Source of the DNA: Malacoraja senta | Taxonomy: Eukaryota | DNA: 64,000 bases | Reading direction: 5' to 3' | NCBI GenBank assembly: GCA_038087875.1 | Contig: CM075989.1 | Location: forward strand, 2,418,001 to 2,482,000 | Part shown: positions 1-12,159 of the stretch, piece by piece | Position numbering within the stretch: the stretch's first letter is position 1 | Layout of the letters: the number at the start of each line of letters is the position of its first letter | Notes under the pieces: model-generated | Database searches by the model: none | Seen by the model: the letters and a program-made list of their open reading frames with translations, nothing else | Told to the model about the DNA's origin: nothing | Program-made: the position numbers and the translations under genes

Positions 1-745
1 TGCGGCAGCTGTACAGCTGCGGACTGGAAGTGCCTTCAGAGAGTGGTGAGGACAGCGGAAAAAACCATTGTGACTTCTCTTCCCTCCATCATGGACATTG
101 GTTTCAAACGCTGTCTGTCAAGAGCTAAGGGCATTACCAGAGCCCCCACACACCCACAGAGAGTGGTGAATCTCTGGAATTCCCTGCCACAGAGGGTAGT
201 TGAGGCCAGTTCATTGGCTATATTTAAGAGGGAGTTAGATGTGGCCCTTGTGGCTAAGGGGAACAGGGGGTATGGAGAGAAGGCAGGTACAGGATACTGA
301 GTTGGATGATCAGCCATGATCATATTGAATGGTGGTGCAGGCTCGAAGGGCTGAATGGCCTACTCCTGCACCTATTTTCTATGTTTCTATGTAATATGGA
401 CTGTTTACACTGCTGAACTCTGGGAGGAGGTACCGCAGCATGAAGGGCCGGACAACCAGGTTCTGCAACAGTTTCATCCCCCAGGCCATAAGACTATTGA
501 ACTCACAATCAAACCGATGCAAAAAACTGTCTTATACATTGCCACTGTTAAAAACTTTCCTTTTTTAACTATGCACATGAAGCACTTTTATGGACACACT
601 AAGCACTTTTACTGATCGCCTGATATAAATGGTATATTCTGCTGCTACTTGGAAGAGTCAATGCAACGACATTTCGTTCAATGTGCACTGTGTCTATGTG
701 TATATTTGAATGACAATTAAAGTTATATTCATTCATATTCATTCA
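1..745 (+). mobile_element. Rex1/Babar-type non-LTR retrotransposon 3' fragment, split by a CR1 insertion
   Basis: Reads LQRVVRTAEKTIVTSLPSI..RCLSRAKGITRAPTHP, then after the CR1 GLFTLLNSGRRYRSMKGRTTRFCNSFIPQAIRLLN, a typical Rex1-clade ORF C-terminus; ends in an ATTC-repeat tail. Confidence 0.75.
153..391 (+). mobile_element. CR1 LINE 3' end (5'-truncated)
   Basis: QRVVNLWNSLPQRVVEASSLAIFKRELD..GYGEKAGTGY stop, CR1 3'UTR and TTTCTATG tail; nearly identical to 5803-6040. Confidence 0.9.
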
Positions 746-819
746 ACTGGATCAAAGATGACTTAATAATAATAATAGATTTATTTTTATTTGTGACTGG
801 AGGCAGACGATAGTGATCC

Positions 820-2225
820 AGGAATGTTTTTTTAACTGGATGTCTCTACTGTGTGTGAGCTGAGGGGATCAGTCCTGGGACCATTGTCGTTGGCTTTAGG
901 ATGTGTACTGTGGCGATCAGTGGGGGCTATTGGGCCTTAGAACATGTACTATGGCGATCTGTGCTGGACCATTGTTGGCCTTAGAACATGTACTGTGGAA
1001 ATCGGACCTGGGGGTATTGTGTCTGCCTTTCTGTTGGTACGATCAGCAAGTTTGTTGATGACACCAATGTTGGTGGAGTAATACTAGGGATGAAGATTGT
1101 GAATGGATGCAGAAGAATGTATCAATTGGAGAGTTGGGCAGAGCCATGACAAATCAAATAGTGACAGGACATATCCAGTAAATGGCAGAAACATCAGGAG
1201 TGTTGATGTACAGAGAGATCATGGGGTGTAGGTTCTTAGCTCAATTAAAATGGCAACACTAGTGGGTAGGATAGTGCAGACAATATTCAGAATGCTTTCC
1301 ATCTTAGTCGGAGGCGTTGAGTATAAGATTTGGGATAGATACAAAGGCTCCTCTTTCGCCATCCGTTTTCTCCAGAGATTCTGCCTGAGCCGCTGAGTTA
1401 AGGCAGTGTCCCACTTTCCCGAGTTACTCACGAACTCTCCCGAGTTTTCCCCTTGATTCGAACTCGGAGAATTACGGTAATGGCCGTTCGTAGGTACTCT
1501 GGGCTATTTTTTAAAACTCGTGGACATTTCTCAACGTCCCGACTTACCTGATGCCCCGAGTTCCTACGGCTGGCATTACGAGCCGCTACGAAACATTTAC
1601 GGACTCCTACGGCCTCCTATGAGCTCGCTACCGATATTCCCCGACATTTCCCGAGTTCGAATCAAGGGGAAAACTCGGGAGAGTTCGTGAGTAACTCGGG
1701 AAAGTGGGACAGGGCCTTAATTCCAGTTCTTTGCGTCTATCTTCGGTATGAACCAGCACAAGTTCCTTCCTACGGACGGGAGTTGAGATGTCATGTTGAA
1801 GTTGCAATAAATAATTGGTCAGGCTGCACGTGGAGTATTTTATACAGAAGACAGACACTAACTGCTGGAGTAACTCAGCGGGTCAGGCAGCATCTCTGGG
1901 GAGAAGGAACAGGTGACGTTTGAGGTCGAGACCCTTCTTCAGACTGCCACACTACAAGACAGATGTGATAGCATTAGAAACAGTGCAGAAGAGATCCACC
2001 ACAGGACATGGACTCGAATGAAGGGTTTTACTTATCTGGAGAGATTGGATAGGCTGGAATTATTCTCATGGAAACATTGAAAGCCTGAGGTGTTATTTTA
2101 TAGAGGTTTATCAAATTATGAAGAGTGTAGATAAAGTCGGTATGGGGAGGTCTTAAACTAGAGGGCATAGGTTTAAGGTAATGAGGAAGAAATAAAGATC
2201 TGAGCAGTAAGCTTTTCACACTGAA
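820..2225 (+). mobile_element. Old decayed CR1 RT/3' region interrupted by younger inserts
   Basis: Remnants of QGSVLGPL and ISKFVDDT motifs near 860-1075 and CR1 3' ORF sequence near 1960-2220. Confidence 0.55.
1401..1717. mobile_element. PIF/Harbinger-type MITE
   Basis: ~65-bp terminal inverted repeats (AGGCAGTGTCCCACTTTCCCGAGTTACTCACG... / ...GAAAGTGGGACAGGGCCT); flanks TTA and TAA; inserted in a Penelope pLTR fragment. Confidence 0.85.
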
Positions 2226-2228
2226 AAT

Positions 2229-2520
2229 AGTTTAGTTAGAGATACAGTGCGGAAACAGGCTCTTCAGCCCACCAAGTCCACACCGACCAGCGATCCCCGC
2301 ACACTAACACTATCCCACACACACTTGGGACACTTTACAATTTTACCAAGCCAATTAGCCTACAAACCTGTGCGTCTTTGGAGTGTGGGAGGAATCCCGA
2401 GATCCCAAAGAAAACCTAGGCAGAGCGTACAAACTCCGTACAGACAGCAGCCCGTGGTAAGGATTGAATCCAGATTCCTTGCAATGTAAGGCAGCAACTC
2501 TACAGCTGTACCACCATGCC
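2229..2520 (-). mobile_element. HE1-like tRNA-derived V-SINE
   Basis: tRNA-like head, V-domain (GGAGTTTGTACG..TCCCACACTCCAAAGAC) and CR1-derived tail ending in CTAAA repeats, on the minus strand. Confidence 0.85.
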
Positions 2521-2579
2521 ATCCTACAGAAAATAGTGGTAATATAGAACGAGCTGCCAGAAGAAGTGGTAGAGTTGAT

Positions 2580-4235
2580 ATGAAAGTAGGTGATGGGGCA
2601 AGTAGTGCAGAGAAAGCAGGGAATCTGCAGAAGGACTTGGATAGGTTGGGAGAGAAGTGGCAGATGGAATACAGTGTAGCAAAGTGTGGAGTCAGGCATT
2701 TTGGTAGAAGGAAAAAGGGCGTAGACTATTTTCTAAATGGGGAGATAATCCAGAAATCGGAGATGGAAAGGGACTTGTGTGCTGGTGCAGGATTCCCAAA
2801 AAGTTAAATTGCAAGTGGATGACTCTTGGACTGTATGACTGAATTGGTAGTAAGGAGGGCAAACGCAACGCTAGCATTTATTTCAAGAGGACTAGTATAC
2901 AAAACCAGGGATGGAATCCTGAGGCTCTATGAGGTGCTGATCAAGCCACATTTGGAGTATTGTGAGCAATTATGGGCACTGAGGAAGGATGTACTGGTTC
3001 TGGAGAGGGTCCAGAGGAGGTTTACAAGAATGATCCCAGGAATGCATGGGTTACGATGTGATGAACATTGGGGGGCACTGGACCTTTACTCGGTGGAGTT
3101 TAAATGGATGAGGGAGGACCTCATTGAAACTTACTGAATAGTGAAAGGCCTGGATAGAGTGGATGTGGAGATGATGTTTCCACTAGTGGGAAAGTCCGGG
3201 ACTAGAGAATTAAGCCTCAGAATTAAGGGACATTCCTTGAAGAAGATGATGCTATCTTTAGTCAGAGACAATAGACAATAGGTGCAGGAGTAGGCCATTT
3301 GGCCCTTCGAGCCATTCAATGTGATCATGGCTGATCATCCACAATCAGTATCCCGTTCCTGCCTTCTCCCCATATCCCCTGACTCCGCTATTTTTAAGAG
3401 CCCCATCTAGCTCTCTCTTGAAAGCATCCAGAGAACCTGCCTCCACCGCCCCCTGAGGCAGAGAATTCCACAGACTCACCACTCTCTGTGAGAAAAAGTA
3501 TTTCCTCTTCTCCGTTCTAAATGGCTTACTCCTTATTCTTAAACTGTGGCCCCTGGTTCTGGACTCCCCCAACATCTGGAACATGTTTCCTGCCTCTAGT
3601 GTGTCCAAGCCCTTAACAATCTTATAAGTTTCAATGAGATACCCTCTCATCCTTCTAAACTCCAGAGTGTACAAGCCCAGCTGCTCCATTCTCTCAACAT
3701 ATGACAGTCCCGCCATCCTGGGAATTAACCTTGTAAACCTACGCTGCACTCCCTCAATAGCAAGAATGTCCTTCCTCAAATTAGGGGACCAAAACTGCAC
3801 ACAATACTCCAGGTGTGGTCTCGCTAGTGCTCTGTACAACTGTAGAAGGACCTCTTTGCTCCTATATTCGATTCCTCTTGTTAAAAAGGCCAACATGCCA
3901 TTCGCTTTCTTCACTGCCTGCTGTACCTGCATGCTTACTTTCATAGACTGATGTACAAGGACCCCCAGATCCCGTTGTACTTCCCCTTTTCCCAACTTGA
4001 CGCCAGGGACAGAGGGTGGTGAATCTGTGGAATTCTTTGCCACAGAAAGTTGTGGAGGCCGTCAATAGATATTTTTAAGGCAGAAATAGATAGATTCTTG
4101 ATTAGTACGGGTCTGAGGTTATGGGGATAAGGCAGGAGAATGGGGTTAGGAGGGAGAGATAGATCAGCCATGATTGAATGGTGGAGTAGACTTGATGGGC
4201 CGAATGGCCTTATTCTGTTCGTATCACTCATGACT
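2580..4235 (+). mobile_element. Decayed CR1 3' portion, interrupted at ~3266 by an antisense CR1
   Basis: ORF pieces LQKDLDRLGEKWQMEYSVAKC and IKPHLEYCEQLW; sequence resumes CAGAGGGTGGTGAATCTGTGG at ~4010. Confidence 0.8.
3267..4004 (-). mobile_element. CR1 LINE 3' fragment, ORF2 C-terminus open
   Basis: ORF 3345-4043: QRDLGVLVHQSMK..RPHLEYCVQFWSP..LWNSLP; ACAATAG tail repeats at ~3268. Confidence 0.9.
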
Positions 4236-4664
4236 TCATTACCTTATGACATTAACAATGTTTTAAAAATGTTTTAAAATGTACAGGCATAGAGGGATCA
4301 CTATTTTTGGAAAGGAAGAGACAGCTACAGGCCAAATGTGGGCAAATGTGATTAATGTACATTGACATCACAGACTAGTCAAGTTGGGCCGAAGGGTCAC
4401 ATTCAGAATTAACATTTGAGCAAGATTTTGGTCAGGGATCTAACATTCCAATGTTAAAAGCTGAGCTAGTTCCCACAATGTACATAGCAGCCTATGAGGT
4501 GATACAATGCAGGCTCCAACATCTGGCTTGAAGGGCCGAATGGCCTCCTCCTGCTCCTATTGTCTATCTAGTTACACGGACATTACAATACAATTACAAT
4601 GTATCTCCATGGTTGTGCCTCAATGCAAATTCAATGAACCTCTGCACAGGTCCCTACATGTAGC

Positions 4665-4945
4665 CTTTCAGCAACAGAGACCCGGGTTCGATCCCGACTA
4701 CAGGTGCTGTCTGTACGGAGTTTGTATGTTCTCCCTGTGACATGCGTGGGCTTTCTCCGGGTGCTCCGGTTTCCTCCCACACTCCAAATACATACGGGTT
4801 TGTAAGCTAATTGGCTTTGTATAAATGTAAATTGTCCCGGGTGTGTATAGGATAGTGTTAATGTGCAGGGATCGATGTTCAGCGCGGACTAGAGGGGCCG
4901 AAGGGCCTGTTTCCATGCTGTATCTCTAAACTTAACTAAACTAAA
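4665..4945 (+). mobile_element. HE1-like V-SINE
   Basis: B-box-like GGTTCGATCCC, V-domain and GGGCCGAAGGGCCTGTTTCC tail. Confidence 0.85.
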
Positions 4946-5222
4946 ACAGTGAGAGGATGTGCTCGCTGCTCCTTTGGCTCTGTAGCTGGAATATGGTGGT
5001 GGTTGTGGGAAAAACAGTAGCAAGGGCTCTGTGCTTGGGAAGCCTCGTTGGCCAAAGCCGACTCCTGTAATATGTGAATACATTCTCCAGCACTCAGAGA
5101 GGATGATGTCAGAGGGCCACCCACAGCACTTCTGCCATGTAGATGAGTAATGTTTGCTGTCATAAAGTGATTCACCACATTGCTTCAGGAGGACAACTAC
5201 AACAGCATGCTCAATATCTTAA

Positions 5223-5465
5223 AGGGTCTGTCCCACTTGGCCGTCATTTGCGCGCCATTTACGTGACCCCCAAAAATGTGGTCGTTGCGTTGTGATGCAC
5301 GGGTAGCATGTGGGTAGCGCGGGACGGGCGCATGGAGAGGCGTGGAGGAGTGTGGAGTTGCGCGCGGTATCGCATGGCCCTCCAGGATTTCGTGTGTACG
5401 CAGGCTGACGCATTGGGTACGCACGCTGACGCACCCAATGCGTCAGCCTGCGTACACACGAAATC
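5223..5465. mobile_element. Left half of a Harbinger-type MITE
   Basis: TAA + AGGGTCTGTCCCACTT terminus shared with the other MITEs; no right TIR; ends in a hairpin abutting a CR1. Confidence 0.7.
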
Positions 5466-6080
5466 TTGGTGAGACCACACCTGGAGTATTGCATACAGTT
5501 TTGGTCTCCAAATCTGAGGAAGAACATTCTTGCCATAGAGGGAGTACAGAGAAGGTTCACCAGACTGATTCCTGGGATGTCAGGACTTTCATATGAAGAA
5601 AGACTGGATAGACTCGGCTTGTACTCGCTGGAATTTAGAAGATTAAGGGGGGATCTTATAGAAACTTACAAAATTCTTAAGGGGTTGGACAGGCTAGATG
5701 CAGGAAGATTGTTCCCGATGTTGGGGAAGTCCAGAACAAGGGGTCACAGTTTAAGGATAAGAGGGAAGACTTTTAGGACCGAGATGAGGAAATCATTTTT
5801 TACACAGAGAGTGGTGAATCTGTGGAATTCTCTGCCACAGAAGGTAGTTGAGGCCAGTTCATTGGCTATATTTAAGAGGGAGTTAGATGTGGCCCTTGTG
5901 GCTAAAGGGATCAGGGGGTATGGAGAGAAGGCAGGTACAGGATACTGAGTTGGATGATCAGCCATGATCATATTGAATGGCGGTGCAGGCTCGAAGGGCC
6001 GAATGGCCTACTCCTGCACCTATTTTCTATGTTTCTATGTTTCTATGTTTCTATGTTTCTATGTTTCTATGTTTCTATGT
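5466..6080 (+). mobile_element. Young CR1 3' fragment with (TTTCTATG)n tail
   Basis: Uninterrupted 160-aa ORF2 C-terminus 5466-5948; ~7 tail repeats at 6024-6080. Confidence 0.92.
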
Positions 6081-6229
6081 ACAGGTTTGTAGGTTTATTG
6101 GCTTTGGTAAGAATGTAAAATTGTCCCTAGTGTAAGCTAGTGCTGGTGTACTGGGTGATTGCTGATCGCTCGGCATTCACTCGATGGACCGAATGGCCTG
6201 TTTCCGTGCTGTTTCTCTAAAGTCTAAAG

Positions 6230-6720
6230 TTGTGCTGAGGTGAGGTGTGAGTGACTGCGCTTGACATCAAGGCAACATTTGACTGAGCATGGCATCAAGG
6301 AGCCATGGTGAAGCTGAAGGCAATGGACAACACTGCAAACATATTACAACTGTACCTTGTTGGTGGTTGTCGGAAGTTTATCATCCCAACCCCGGAACAC
6401 CACTGCAAAAGTGGCTCAGGCCCCACCAGCATCCTCAGCCCAACCTAGTCCAGTTACTTAAATATCATCCCTCCATCCAGGGATGTTTGCTGATGATTGC
6501 GTCGGTACGCCAGCGTGTGACGCCAATGCGTCAGCATGCTGTACATGTCCATTCATCACCGCACCAAATTAAGGCAGTGAGATAAGGTAGCTGATATTTC
6601 TGCAAGGGCTAATGAGTGATGAACAATATTAGTGCCACAGAAGTGCCAGGCGATCCCATCTCTAATATGAGAGAGTTTACCCACCAACCCATGGCACTCA
6701 ATAGCCGACCCTTGGAATTA
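6230..6720 (+). mobile_element. Ancient CR1/L2-group RT relic
   Basis: CTTGACATCAAGGCAACATTTGAC (LDIKATFD) and ATGTTTGCTGATGAT (MFADD) motifs. Confidence 0.55.
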
Positions 6721-6980
6721 CCTTCTCCAAGGTGAGAAAAAACGTTTTCATCCAGAGAGTTGTGAATTTGTGGAATTCCCTGCCACAGAGGGCAGTGGAG
6801 GCCAAGTCACTGGATGGATTTAAGAGAGAGTTACATAGAGGCTAGTGGAATCAAGGGATATGGGGAGAAGGCAGGCACGGGTTATTGATTGGGAACGATC
6901 AGCCATGATCACAATGAATGGCGGTGCTGGCTCGAAGGGCCAAATGGCCTCCTCCTGCACCTATTTTCTATGTTTCTATG
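6720..6980 (+). mobile_element. CR1 3' end
   Basis: QRVVNLWNSLPQRAVEA and conserved 3'UTR. Confidence 0.85.
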
Positions 6981-7199
6981 TCTCTAAGTCCTTCATTGGA
7001 AGTATCCGAGGGGTCACCAGAAACTCAGCTAGAAAACCCACATGAATATCGTGGCTGTAAGTGAAGGCTGGGGATTCACTGAGAAATGACACTGCCAACA
7101 TCACCACTCTCTCCGGGGCCTGAGTCAGGAGTGTGATGGACACCATCACTTGGATGGGTGCAGCTCCAACAACTCTCAGAGAGCCATCCCCAACTAAAC

Positions 7200-7620
7200 G
7201 ATATGATACGATACAATAGAACTTTATTTATCCCAAGAGGGAAATTGATCTGCCAACAGTCATAAAACACAAAATGCATGAAACATGAAATTAAAGTGAC
7301 GAGTGGAAAGGATTGGGGGATGTGCAAAGGTTGAGGAGTGGGGGTGGAGGGGGAGGGGAGTCAGTCTCAGTCTCAGTCTACCCCACGACCGAAGGGGGAG
7401 GAGTTGTACAGTTTGATAGCCACAGGGAAGAAGGATCCTCTGTGGCGTTCTGTGCTGCATCTTGGTGGAACCAGTCTGTTGCTGAAGGTGCTCCTCAGGT
7501 TGACCAGTGTGTGATGGAGGGGGTGAACTGTGTTGTCCAGGATGCTCCGCAGTTTGAGGAGCATCCTCCCCTCCAAGACCACCTTCCATGAATCCAACTC
7601 TGCCCCCAGGACGGAGCCAT
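7200..7620 (-). mobile_element. Rex1/Babar-type retrotransposon 3' fragment
   Basis: ORF 7373-7627: KLRSILDNTVHPLH..RLVPPRCSTERHRGSFFPVAIKLYN; AATAAA and short-repeat tail near 7200-7230. Confidence 0.8.
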
Positions 7621-8129
7621 CCGGCACACAATTGACACTCCAGCCAGCACCCTAAACATTCATCGCCTGCACCACTGGTCACAGAGACTGCAGTTACCCC
7701 AACAACATCACCCAAACCCATGACCTCTTCCACCAAGGTAGCAGGCTTTGGGAACATTGCCTCCTCTCGTTTCTCCTCCAGGTCACACACCATCCATATA
7801 TGGAAATAAATTGATTTTTCTTCATGGGATCTAAATCCTGCAACTCCCTCCCTAACTGATTCCATGCTGTATCTCATAAGTTAATCAGTTCATAAGGTCT
7901 AGGAGCAGACATTCGGCCCATCGATTCTACTCCGCATTCAATCATGGCTGATCTATCTTTCCCTCTCAATCCCATTCTCCTGCCTTCTCCCCATAAACCC
8001 GTGACACCCGTACTAATCAAAAATCTGTCAACCTGCACCTTAAAAAATATCATTTTCTGTTTGCTTTGAACAAAGATTAAAAAAAAACAGCTAACTCCCA
8101 ACCAGCAATGATCTATTCTAAATGTTCCT

Positions 8130-8555
8130 TGATCTCATTCCCTTTGTCTATTTTCACATCTTACACTTCCTTATCTAGGTAGCTCACTCTCCTCTGACTC
8201 TCGGTCTGAAGAAGGGTCTCGACCCGAAACATCACCTGTTCCTTCTCTCCAGAGATGCTGCTTGTCCTGCTGAGTTACTCCAGCATTTTGTGTCTATCTT
8301 CGGTTTAAATCTGCATCTGCAGTTTCTTCCTACACAAACCACTAACAATGGCCTGTTTCCTTTACCATCGTTACTTTTTCACATATCTTTCATTCATTTG
8401 TTCCATATCTCTCCAAGTCACTGTCTATATCTCTTGTTTCCCTTTCCCCTGACTCTCAGTCTGAATAAGAGTTTCGACCCGAAACCTTACCCATTCATTC
8501 TCTCCAGGGATGTCGCCCTGCCCTGCTGAGTTACTCCAGCATTTTGAGCCTATCC
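8130..8555 (+). mobile_element. Two tandem Penelope pseudo-LTR fragments
   Basis: Two units CTGAAGAAGGGTCTCGACCCGAAAC..GCTGAGTTACTCCAGCATTTTG starting ~8206 and ~8461. Confidence 0.75.
8203..8236 (+). ncRNA. Minimal type I hammerhead ribozyme motif
   Basis: GGT-CTGAAGA-A-GGGT(CTCG)ACCC-GAAA-C-ATC-ACC: core boxes, stem II, AUC site and 3-bp stem I (GGT/ACC). Confidence 0.6.
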
Positions 8556-9071
8556 TTAAAAATATCCATTGGCTAGTTCTCCACCACCATCTATGGAAAT
8601 GAACTCCACAGATTCACCTCTCTCTGACTAAAGAAATTCCTCCTCATCACCTTTCTAAAGTACATATTTTTATTCTGAGGCTGAGGCCTCTGGTCCTAGA
8701 CTCTCTCACTAGTGGAAACATCTTCTCCATATCCACTCCTTCCAGGTCTAAGCTAAACTAAACTAAACATAACTAAACGTAACTAAACCAAGTGCAGGAC
8801 TATCTAATTTGCCTCTTCTTTCTATCCTGTTAGTAGGTCACTCACTCTAAACATAAAGTGCACAGGGCTGCTTCAGATAAGTAAAGGATGTGGCATATTA
8901 CAGGAGGAGATTCCAATACTAATTCCGACAAGTGGTTTTCTCATTCGGTTCCCAATAGAGTCATAGAGTCTTAGATAGAGCACAGAAACGGCCCAATATC
9001 CCCATGTTGACCAAGATGCCCCCATCTCCACTAATCCCACATGGCCGTGTTTGACCCTTCTCCCTCTAAAC

Positions 9072-9305
9072 AGACACAAAATGCTGGAGTAACTCAGCGG
9101 GTCAGGCAGCATCTCAGGAGAAAAGGAATAGGTGACGTTTGGGGACAAGACCCTCCTTCAAACTCATCATCTGCACCACCGTAGGGTCTCGACCCGAAAC
9201 ATCACCTATTCCTTTTCTCCAGAGATGCTGTCTGACCTGCTGAGTTACTCCAACATTTGGTCTATCTTCAGTGTAAACCAGCATCTGCAGTTCCTCCCTA
9301 CACAT
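9072..9305. mobile_element. Inverted pair of Penelope pLTR fragments with 11-bp TSD
   Basis: Minus then plus copy of the pLTR unit; TCCCTCTAAAC at 9061-9071 and 9306-9316. Confidence 0.75.
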
Positions 9306-9319
9306 TCCCTCTAAACCTT

Positions 9320-10045
9320 CTCTCCGTAACTCCCTTGTCCTTCCGCAAAGACCGCTCCCTCCGTAACTCCCTTGTCCTTCCGCAAAGACCGCTCCCTCCA
9401 TAACTCCCTTGTCAATTCTTCCCTTCCCTCCCATACTACCCCCTCCCCTGGTACTTTCCCTTGCAACCGCAAGAGATGCAACACTTGTCCCTTCACCTCC
9501 CCCCTCCACTCCATTCAAGGACCCAAGCAATCGTTCCAGGTGCGACAGAGGTTCACCTGCATCTCCTCCAACCTCATCTATTGCATTCGCTGCTCTAGAT
9601 GCCAGCTGATCTACATCGGTGAGACCAAGCGGAGGCTTGGCGATCGTTTCGCCGAACACCTCCGGTCGGTCCGCAATAACCAACCTGAACTCCCGGTGGC
9701 TCAGCAGTTCAACTCCCCCTCCCATTCCGTATCTGACCTCTCTGTCCTGGGTCTCCTCCATGGCCACAGCGAGCAACACCGTAAATTGGAGGAAATGCAC
9801 CTCATATTCCGCTTGGGCAGTCTACATCCTGGGGGTTTGAACATTGAATTCTCCCAATTCTGCTAGCCCTTGCTGTCCCCTCCCCTTCATCAGCCATCTG
9901 GTTCCTCCTCCGCCTTTTTCCTTTTTTCCTTTCTTCTCCCCACCCCCTATCAGTCTGAAGAAGGGTTTCGGCCCGAAACTTTACCTATTTCCTTCGCTCC
10001 ATAGATGCTGCTGCACCCGCTGAGTTTCTCCAGCATTTTTGTGTA
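9320..10045 (+). mobile_element. Penelope-like element 3' fragment (GIY-YIG endonuclease + pLTR)
   Basis: ORF 9372-9866: CNRKRCNTC Cys cluster, NLIYCIRCSRCQLIYIGETKRRLGDRFAEH; 13-bp TSD CCCTCTAAACCTT at 9307-9319 and 10046-10058. Confidence 0.92.
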
Positions 10046-11796
10046 CCCTCTAAACCTTTCCTGTCCCCGCACCTGTCCAAATGCATTTTAAATGTTGCTA
10101 TAGTCCCTGCCTCAACAGCCTCCTGTGGCAGCTCGTTCCGTTTACCCACCACCTCCTGTGGGATAATTTTGCAACAATCGGTCTTCTCTGGGAGCCAGGC
10201 TGAAATATTTTTCTCATAAATCAACGACCGTTTTCCCAGGGTGAGATTCTCAAATTGATTACTGCGTGAGGAATAAATATTCTTCAATAATAAAAGAGAT
10301 AAAATGATGGGCTCAGCAGGTCAGGCGGCATCTGTGGAAAGGAAAACGATAAAACATTCTTTTTCTGGCATCAATTTCCCAATTTCTTTCCAAAAATCTA
10401 TTGATTGTGGCCTTGAGTGCAAAAGCAATATTGGATCTGGCAGCCCTTCGCGAGAGTGAATTCAAAAGAGCTACAATCCCCCGAGTGAATAACTTTCTCC
10501 TCTTCCCAACCCAGTAATGTTCTGAAGATAGACACAAAATGCTGGATTAACTCAGCGGAACAGGCAGTATCTCTGGAGAGAGGTATGGGTGATGTTTCGG
10601 CTCGAGACCCTTCTTCAGACTGAGTTACTCCAGTATTTTGTGTCTATCTTCGGTTTAAACCAGTATCTGCAGATCTTTCCTCCACATACTGTTCTGCCAG
10701 CCTCTGGATTTAGATTCTCCAGTCAGAGAAAGCAGCATTTCTGACTCTGCTCTGCCAATTTACATAATCTTGAAACTCAAAAATACTGCAGATACTGGAA
10801 CAGAAAATGCTGAAAAATCTTAGCAGGTCAGGCAGCATCTGCAGAAGGAGAGAAGGCCAATGTTTCAGGTGAGAAACCCTTCATCAGTCCCGAGAATGAG
10901 GGAACGATTCAGCTCAGAGGCAGCAAAGTTGGGGCGAGTGATGGGTGGAATAAAGGGAATGCCACTGATAGGATGTAGTCATGTGGTGGGTTGGAATCAA
11001 ATGTTAGATATCCCCAACTGAAAGGTTTTCTCTTTCTCTTCCCACAGATGCTGCCTGCTCCGCTGAGTTTTTCCAGCAATTTTCATCTTCTGCTCAATGC
11101 TGTTTCCATGTTTCTTATTCTACATCTGTTCTTCCGGTTCGGGCTCCAATCTTACCATTAACCACACATTCCACAAGAACACTAATGAGCTGGTCACACA
11201 GGAGGCTGCAGATGCTGGGCTCATGAGCAAAGAGCAAACTGCTGGAGGAACTCAGTGGGTCAAGCAGCTTCTGTGGAGGGAAGTGAACCGTCAAAGCTTT
11301 GGGTCAGAACCCTTTACCTAGACTGAAATATAGAGGGGATATATCCAGTATATAAAGGTGGGGTAAGAAATGGCAAGCGACAGGTGGATAGAGGTGAGGA
11401 GGGGTTGATTGGAAGATGGAGTCAGATGGGAGAGGGAAGGAGGGAGACAGTGAGGTGACGTGGAGGCAAGAAAAGATTGCAGGTTATGGAATCTGATAAG
11501 AAAGGAAGAATGGAACTAAAGGGGGAGGGAAGATGGGTGGATGGGAAGAGTGGGAAGGAGATAGACCCAGTGGGAAGTGTGTGCAGGTGAAGGGCAGATG
11601 TGCTGGTTATTGCCTCCACTAAATGATTGGTGTCTATGTGCTGCATACCCCTCCCCTAACTTCTCTCCACTGACAAGTAACTCTCCCTCAAAGTTTTGTT
11701 GAAGAGTTCCAGACCCAAAACATTGACCCCTTTCCACAGATGCTGCCAGGCCTACTGAGCTTTTCCAGCATTTTCTGCTTTTATCACCCATCGTAA

Positions 11797-12110
11797 TTTA
11801 GTTTAGAGATACAGCGTGGAAACAGGCCCTTCGGCCCACCGAGTCCGCATTGACCAGCGACATCCGCACATTAACACTATCCTACACACATCTTGGGACA
11901 TTTTACACATACACCAAGCCAATTAACCTACATACCTGTACGTCTATGGAGTGTGGGAGGAAACTGAAGATCTCGGATAAAACCCACGTGGTCATGGGGA
12001 GAATGTACAAACTCCGTACAGACAGCACCCATAGTCGGGATCGAACCCGGGTCTCCGGTGCTGCAAGCGCTGTAAGGACGCAACCCTCCCCCTGCACCAC
12101 CATGCCGCCC
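11797..12110 (-). mobile_element. HE1-like V-SINE
   Basis: Full head GGGCGGCATGGTGGTGCAG, B-box-like motif, V-domain and tail on the minus strand. Confidence 0.88.
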
Positions 12111-12159
12111 ACCCATTCAGTAATCTTAACTCTTCTCCAGTAGGTATAGGACAGTCTAA

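Noticed and set aside
9114..9800. 228-aa minus-strand ORF (and its twin at 57128-57670)
   Set aside because: Antisense shadow of the Penelope GIY-YIG ORF; no recognisable motif
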